From Octopus sinensis (Eukaryota), in assembly GCF_006345805.1 (NCBI RefSeq), contig NW_021825859.1, positions 1 to 14,153 on the forward strand: 14,153 bases of DNA. The letters are read 5' to 3'. The notes under the pieces are model-generated. The model saw nothing but the letters and a program-made list of their open reading frames with translations, was not told where the DNA came from and did no database searches. The translations under genes were made by a program, and so were the position numbers. Shown here one piece after another: positions 8,746 through 14,153 of the stretch (its first letter is position 1; the number at the start of each line of letters is the position of its first letter).

Positions 8746-11015
8746 AATTTTGCAAATTTTTTGAATTCAGCCGAATTGAATTCTGGACGGTTGTCACTTA
8801 CAACTGTTTGCGTAATTCCGAATTTAGCAAAAGTTTCTTTTAATTTTTTGATTACGGTTTTTGACTGGCAATCATTTATTTCGTGTAGATCAAAAAATCT
8901 TGTTGTATAGTCAATAATTGTGACATACGAATTTCCAGACAGGTGAAATACGTCTGTACCCACTTTGGTCCATGGTGTAGTAGGTATTTCATGATTTATT
9001 AGTGGTTCGGCTGGTTGTTGGTTTTTGTAGTCGATGCAGTATGAGCATGTGTTAATCATGTCTTTGATTTGAGCGTTAATGCCGGGCCAGTATATACATT
9101 CCTTCGCTCTCTCTATGCATTTTTCGATACCCATGTGTCCGGTATGTATTTCCTGTAGAGCTTCTCTACGTAATGACTTAGGTACACTTATTCCTGAACA
9201 TTTTAGAACGAGACCATTGACGATTGATATTTCATCACGAACGGAGACGAATGGTTTGATGTTTATTGGTATTTTGTCTTTTGGGGGCCATTCTGTTCTT
9301 GTATATGTGATGAGTGTCTGTAGTGACGGGTCGTCTGCAGTGGCTTCTTTATACTCGTTTAATTTAGTGTCGGTTATGGGATAATTTTTTATTACTGCAT
9401 GTATGTGCGATTTCATATTTTCGTCTGATACTTCTGGAGTATTTTGCTCAAGGTATGCACGTGATAGGGTATCTGCAACAACTGATTCTTTACCAGGTAT
9501 GTGGTTTAGGTCAAAATCGTATCTTTGTAATGTTAGTAGAAATCTTTGGATTCTGGGGGGGCATTTAGTGATCGATTTTTTGAATATTTGCTTCAACGGT
9601 TTATGGTCATTTTCGATTCTGAAATGAGTTCCGTATATAACTGATGAAATTTCTTGCATGCGAAAACTATACTGAGAGCTTCGCTCTCTATCGGACAGTA
9701 GTTTTGTTCCGCTTGAGTTGTTGCACGAGATGCAAACGAAACAGGTAGCCATCTTTCGTTGTGTTTTCTGCTCAAGTATCGCTCCGAGCCCATGCTTACT
9801 AGCATCTGTAGTTATTTTTATTGGTAGATCTGGATCATAAAATTGTAGCACTGGTTTTCTGGTAATCATTTCTTTTAGCTTTTTTATTGCTTCGATTTGT
9901 GGTTTGTCGAATGACCATAACGTGTCACTCTGTAGAAGCTGGCGTAATGGTGCTGTAACTTCGGAGTAATTTGATAAAAATTTACATAGGTAATTTGTCA
10001 TACCTAGGAATCTTTGTAATTCTTTTTTACTTGTTGGCAGTGGCATGTGAATGATTGCTTGCACTTTGGTTGGATCTTGTTTTATCCCTTCGCTGGTTAA
10101 TAGATGCCCAAGGTACGTGATTTGTGATTCATAGAAGATACACTTTGATTTATTTAACTTTAATCCGTGCTTTCGGATTCGATCGAAAACTTGTTGTAGT
10201 CTATTTGTGTGTTCTTCTAAAGTGCTGGACCAGATTATAATGTCATCCTGTGAATTTCTTGCTCCTTCTATGCCCTCTATTATATTTGCAGTTTCTTTTT
10301 GGAAAACTTCACTGGCGCTGTGAATTCCATAGGGTAGTCGTGTGAAGCGATACCTTCCAAAAGGTGTGTTGAACGTTAAAAGATGGGAGCTTTCTTCGTC
10401 AACTGGAATTTGCCAGTATCCATTAGATGCATCGAGTTTCGAAAAATATTTAGGGTTATGCATTTGTGCAAAAATGTCCTCCGCTGTAGGGAGTTTGAAA
10501 TGTTGCCTTTTTATGGCTTTGTTTAGATTCCTGGGGTCTAAACAGAGTCGGAGCTTTCCGTTGGCTTTTTCAACGATGACTAGGGAATTTACCCAGTCTG
10601 TAGGTTCACTAACAGGTTTTATGATACCTAATTCTGTCATTCTTTTTAATTCTTTGTTGAGTTTTTCTTTTATAGAAAAAGGAACCGATCTTGGTGGATG
10701 AATTACAGGAGTTATTTGTGGATCCACTGTGATATGATGTGTTATTGACAAAGTGCCGATTTCTCCGAAGCAGTCTTCATATTTTTCTATTATGTCGTTT
10801 GTGTTCGACGAATTTATTTTTGAAATTCTCTGAATTAGGTTCAGATCTTTAGCTGTCTTTGCATCTATAACTGCGTGCGAGTTTGTTTTTGCAACAATGA
10901 ATTTTATTTGTTTTGATAATTCTTTGTATTTAATGACTGCTGTGCATTTTCCTAGCACTTTTATAGCTGTATTATTGTAAGCTGATAATCGAGTTGAGGT
11001 TTTTTGCAGTTGTGG
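8743..11015 (-). pseudogene. pol: pol: protease C-half, reverse transcriptase, RNase H, integrase HHCC and DD
   Basis: RT motifs KLDASNGYWQI, LPYGIHSASEVFQ and SQDD (10242-10253). RNase H DAS...(shifted frame 9640-9764: WLPVSFASRATTQAEQNYCPIESEAL)...DHKPL. IN HTGH...CSYC, VGTDVF and SDNRPEF. Two compensating 1-nt frameshifts inside RNase H. Confidence 0.95.
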
Positions 11016-11496
11016 TTATTTGAGTTTTATATATAGTTTTATATCCTCTGAATGGCAGTACGGTTACGTCTGCTCCAGTATCAATTTTGAATGTTACATT
11101 CGAGTTATTCACTTTTAGTTCGACCGTCCAAATGTCTTTTGGAGTCTTGAACTTTTCGATTTTGTGCACGCGGGAATTATTTGAAGTGATCATTTCGAGT
11201 GCATGTGTATCGTCATCTGATTCATCGTCGGTATGTGTCTCTACTTTATGTACAAATTTTCTTGATTTGCACATTTTTGCATAGTGTCCTTTTTTCTTGC
11301 ATTTTTCACATGTCTTGTGAAATGCTGGGCACTTTTTTCTTTGGTGATTATAACCACAATAGTGACAGTTAGTGACGTAGTGTTGACTTGGCGCTTGAAA
11401 CTTCGCGGGCTTTCTGTCACTTCCGCCTTGTTCGTTTTGATGTCTGGATTGCATATGGCGAGTTATTTGAGTTTTGGCGCTTTTCTGTCGTGTTGA
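11016..11496 (-). pseudogene. Gag nucleocapsid zinc knuckles plus aspartic protease N-half, in a shifted frame
   Basis: CHYCGYNHQRKKC and CEKCKKKGHYAKMC (11269-11367); protease DTGA at 11071-11082. Confidence 0.93.
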
Positions 11497-12080
11497 CTAT
11501 ATACCCTCGAGATTTCGTTATCTCTTGTTTCGGATGTGGCATTTAGCATCCTTGATTGGAGTCGTGTTTGCTCTGCACTCTGACCTGCTTGAATTGTTTT
11601 TTGTAAGTCTAAATTTGGTTCTCTCAATAATCTTTCTCTTAATCTCATGTCTCTGATTCCACATATCAGAATATCTCTGGTGAGACTGTCTGTGAGGTTG
11701 CCGAATTCGCACTGTTGTGCCTTTTGGCGCAGCTCTACCACGTACTCATCGAATTTTTGATGTTCCGCTTGTCCACATGTGAAGAATTTGTGTCTCAGGA
11801 ATGTTATGTTTTTCCTGGGTTCACAATATGCATCGAATTTTTCGATTACTGTTTGAAGGTTCATTTCTTCGTCAGGTGAATCGAAATCCAGAGTGGAATG
11901 GATGTCTCGGCCTTTGGAACCGATGCAAGTTAAAAACATTGAAGTTTTTACTTTGTCTGGCTTTATGTCACTCTTTGTTGCTATCAAAAAGAGATTGAAT
12001 TCTTTTTTCCACTTTTTCCATGCTGCGGCTAGATTTTCCTGATTAAAATCTAGGTCTTTTGGATGCGGTAAATTTTCCAT
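11463..12080 (-). pseudogene. gag: gag capsid region (MENLPHPKDLDF...WKKWK...F...LRERLLREPNLDL)
   Basis: First ATG is at 12080 (the ORF track begins at an upstream TTG). Typical Gypsy/Mag Gag motifs; premature TAA upstream of the zinc knuckles. Confidence 0.92.
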
Positions 12081-12144
12081 TTCGTCTTTGAAGTATGATT
12101 TCAACTTTTTTCTTTTGGTTTCTGTATGCTGGGTTCATTTAGTA

Positions 12145-12155
12145 TTCTGACACCA
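12145..12155 (-). other. Primer-binding site TGGTGTCAGAA (tRNA-Leu type)
   Basis: Directly follows the 5' LTR. Complementary to the ...UUCUGACACCA 3' end of metazoan tRNA-Leu(CAA-type) over 11 nt. Confidence 0.85.
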
Positions 12156-12399
12156 TGTTGTTGTTATATATATATATAATGTATTGAGTATTAAAGGAAG
12201 TAGTGAGTACTTAGTATGAAAGATTAAGAAAGTGAGAGAGACTGAAAAAACGTGTTAACGATACGAGATACTTTATATGACTGTGCGTTGTTGTACAAGG
12301 TATTTCTTTGTTGTGGCGGGAAACTAACTGATTGTCCTTGTATCAAGGGAGACAATGGCAACGTTAATTGTTCATGTTTGTTGTGATGATTACATAACA
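12156..12399 (-). repeat. 5' LTR (244 bp)
   Basis: Direct repeat of 7876-8118. TATAAA on the element strand at 12272-12277 and TCAGT at 12241-12245. Confidence 0.97.
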
Positions 12400-12404
12400 A
12401 CCAT
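12400..12404. repeat. Target-site duplication ACCAT (right)
   Basis: Identical to 7871-7875. Confidence 0.93.
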
Positions 12405-12881
12405 AAGGACTTATAATGAAAGGCATTCCAGCCGTAGCCATCATGTCGTTTCTTAGTATTTACGTCTACCTTATTTGATCTGTCCTTCTTTTCTTCTTTT
12501 TAAATTGTAAGATTTGATTGGATGGCGATTTAGCTAGTATTTCTAACATCTTCAGTGGGCTCATAAACACACTTTTGTTGACCTATTGTTGTTGGAATTC
12601 GCACTAAGTCAGTTCTAAACAAATATACCTGACAGCTTTGTATTAGCTCCAAGAACTAGATCCATTCCGTAAATATAATAAATACTCCGGATAGACAATA
12701 GTCCATTATGATTGAAACCTTTAATGGATATATCTTTTACTGTAACTCACGTTCAGTGGCTTAGGCTTAGGATTAAGCTTATCGTACGGTCAATGTATCA
12801 GTGTACTGTATAATTCAGATATAGATATTTGCTATATCAATTAATGACAGAAAACTTGTTTTCACAACCAATGTATGGTAC

Positions 12882-13510
12882 CAGATATGATGTCATCAAC
12901 TCTGCGATACATATTCCCAAATGTTTTTTCATGTTGTGGAAATGATAATAGCCAGGTGGTGCTAAATCTGGAAAATAGAGGTTGATCAACCAGTTCAAAG
13001 CCACAGCTACGTACAACAACTAGTGAAGGCAAAAACTTGTATGCTGCGGCCTTGTCCTGATGAAACAAGTCCCATTTTTGTCAGTTTTCCTAGGCGTTTG
13101 GTCTTGATATCTTTCCGTAACTGCCTCAGCAAGATGGCAAAGTACTCTCCACTGACGGTGTGGTCCATTTGAAGGTAGTCAGTAAACACGGGGCCGCAGA
13201 CTTACCTGCAAATGAAACTACCCTAGCCTTGTTTTGGAGCAGGCAAGGATGAATGTTTCTACTGCATGGATCGTCTCTTTACCTCTGGCTGAAAGTGGTG
13301 AAGCCAACGCTCATCCTGGGTTGAGACGTTCAAGGAAAACATTTGGATCTGCTTTAAATAATGTTGGATTTTCCCGTGATTTGATCAGCCCGGAGTGGGT
13401 TTCTCAGAAGACTTATCGCTGATAAATTGTAGATGTCGCAAAACCTGCGGTATTCCTCTTGAGAAAGCATCTCGTCACGGCGCATGTTGTTAAAAAGCGC
13501 AAAAGTTTAT
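12882..13510 (-). mobile_element. Decayed mariner (DD34D-type) transposon remnant, internally deleted, no TIRs seen
   Basis: Frame-hopping translation gives TQDERWLHHFQPE...MQ*KH, TDYLQ..HT..GEYFA.LLRQLRK.IKTKR.GKL, FHQD(K)A, GFELVDQP and DLAP.GYY.F.NMKKHL, matching mariner catalytic-domain motifs. The N-terminal DNA-binding domain is absent. The 13410-13510 extent is from recalled consensus. Confidence 0.88.
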
Positions 13511-13539
13511 CGGTAGAAGATACAGTGAGAGCAAAAAAT

Positions 13540-13639
13540 CTATCTATCTATCCATCTATCCATCTATCTATCTGTCCGTCTTTTCTCTCTATCTCACTTT
13601 CTCTCTTTCACTCTCTCTCGTTCTCTCTGACTCATTGTG

Positions 13640-13668
<29 letters not shown>
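13540..13668. repeat. (ATCT)n, (CT)n and (TA)n compound microsatellite
   Basis: Directly visible. Confidence 0.9.
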
Positions 13669-13672
<4 letters not shown>

Positions 13673-14074
13673 AGTATGGCGGTTTAGTTCACAGTTGATA
13701 TAAACGATATGATGAGGTACGCTACGTAAGTGTTACTACGTTTATACGTTTATAGCCAAGTCGGTAGTTATGGAGCCATTGCAGATTTCCGAAACAGCGG
13801 ATATATAATTGTTAAACAGGACTTCAAGCATTAAGGCACAGAATCATCTCAAGTCGTATAAAATAGTATAATAGGAAGAAATTCAAAATCTTACAGCTGT
13901 TTCTGGGATATGACCGGATATGGGATATTCCGTCATCAAAGACAAACAGGGGAAAATAGGGAAAATGAGAATGGTATATATTAATAAGATGAGGATATAG
14001 AGGAACGGAGTACACAGGATTATACCTAAGGACTTACGCTCATGGATCTACGCAGACAAGCTGTCTCCAACTTC

Positions 14075-14084
14075 ATATATATAC

Positions 14085-14153
<69 letters not shown>
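14075..14153. repeat. (TA)n microsatellite running off the window end
   Basis: Directly visible. Confidence 0.95.

Larger units (their letters stand above)
7876..12399 (-). mobile_element. Ty3/Gypsy LTR retrotransposon, Mag-like, structurally complete (4,524 bp)
   Basis: Paired TG...CA LTRs, 5-bp TSD, PBS, PPT, and domain order Gag-PR-RT-RH-IN (Gypsy order). No env or chromodomain. Mag-like call rests on the twin Cys/His knuckles, Leu-type PBS and Gag N-terminus. Confidence 0.97.

Noticed and set aside
11466-11496. Normal programmed gag/pol -1 frameshift site
   Set aside because: It falls upstream of the zinc knuckles, inside Gag, and has no canonical slippery heptamer, so it is not the standard gag-pol junction. 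The unusual repeat there is reported separately.
8282-11656. Plus-strand ORFs antisense to gag-pol (e.g. 10342-10701, 9079-9384)
   Set aside because: Short shadow ORFs of a long coding region; no motifs.
12151-12156. ACCAT next to the inner end of the 5' LTR resembling the TSD
   Set aside because: It is the PBS (TGGT) plus the LTR's first base; the TG...CA termini and PPT fix the boundaries unambiguously.
12749-12780. TTAGGC-like telomeric repeat
   Set aside because: Only two to three degenerate units.
13905-13945. Imperfect hairpin ATGAC...GGATAT-GGG-ATATTCC...GTCAT
   Set aside because: Short, bulged and AT-rich; within chance expectation and with no supporting context.

Overview
AT-rich, microsatellite-laden eukaryotic non-coding DNA. 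The repeat types resemble octopus (cephalopod) families as I recall them; this taxon call is an inference, not a database result. The main feature is a structurally complete 4,524-bp Ty3/Gypsy (Mag-like) LTR retrotransposon on the minus strand (7876-12399). It has 243/244-bp LTRs about 98% identical, a 5-bp TSD (ACCAT), a tRNA-Leu-type PBS, a PPT and a gag-PR-RT-RNaseH-IN polyprotein broken by five frameshifts. The window also holds about eight tRNA-derived SINE copies or fragments of roughly four types (one full-length with a 14-bp TSD), a decayed and internally deleted mariner transposase remnant, and many (TA)n/(TG)n/(CA)n arrays. I found no host protein-coding gene, true tRNA, rRNA or CRISPR array that I can support, and no clearly new biological system. 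The most unusual observations are: (i) an identical 14-mer at both frame breaks flanking the zinc-knuckle/protease segment; (ii) a 2-nt swap giving TATAAA in the 5' LTR and AATAAA in the 3' LTR; (iii) a SINE copy converted into a perfect 16-bp hairpin; (iv) two head-to-head inverted SINE pairs; (v) a dense homeodomain-site cluster beside the LTR insertion.
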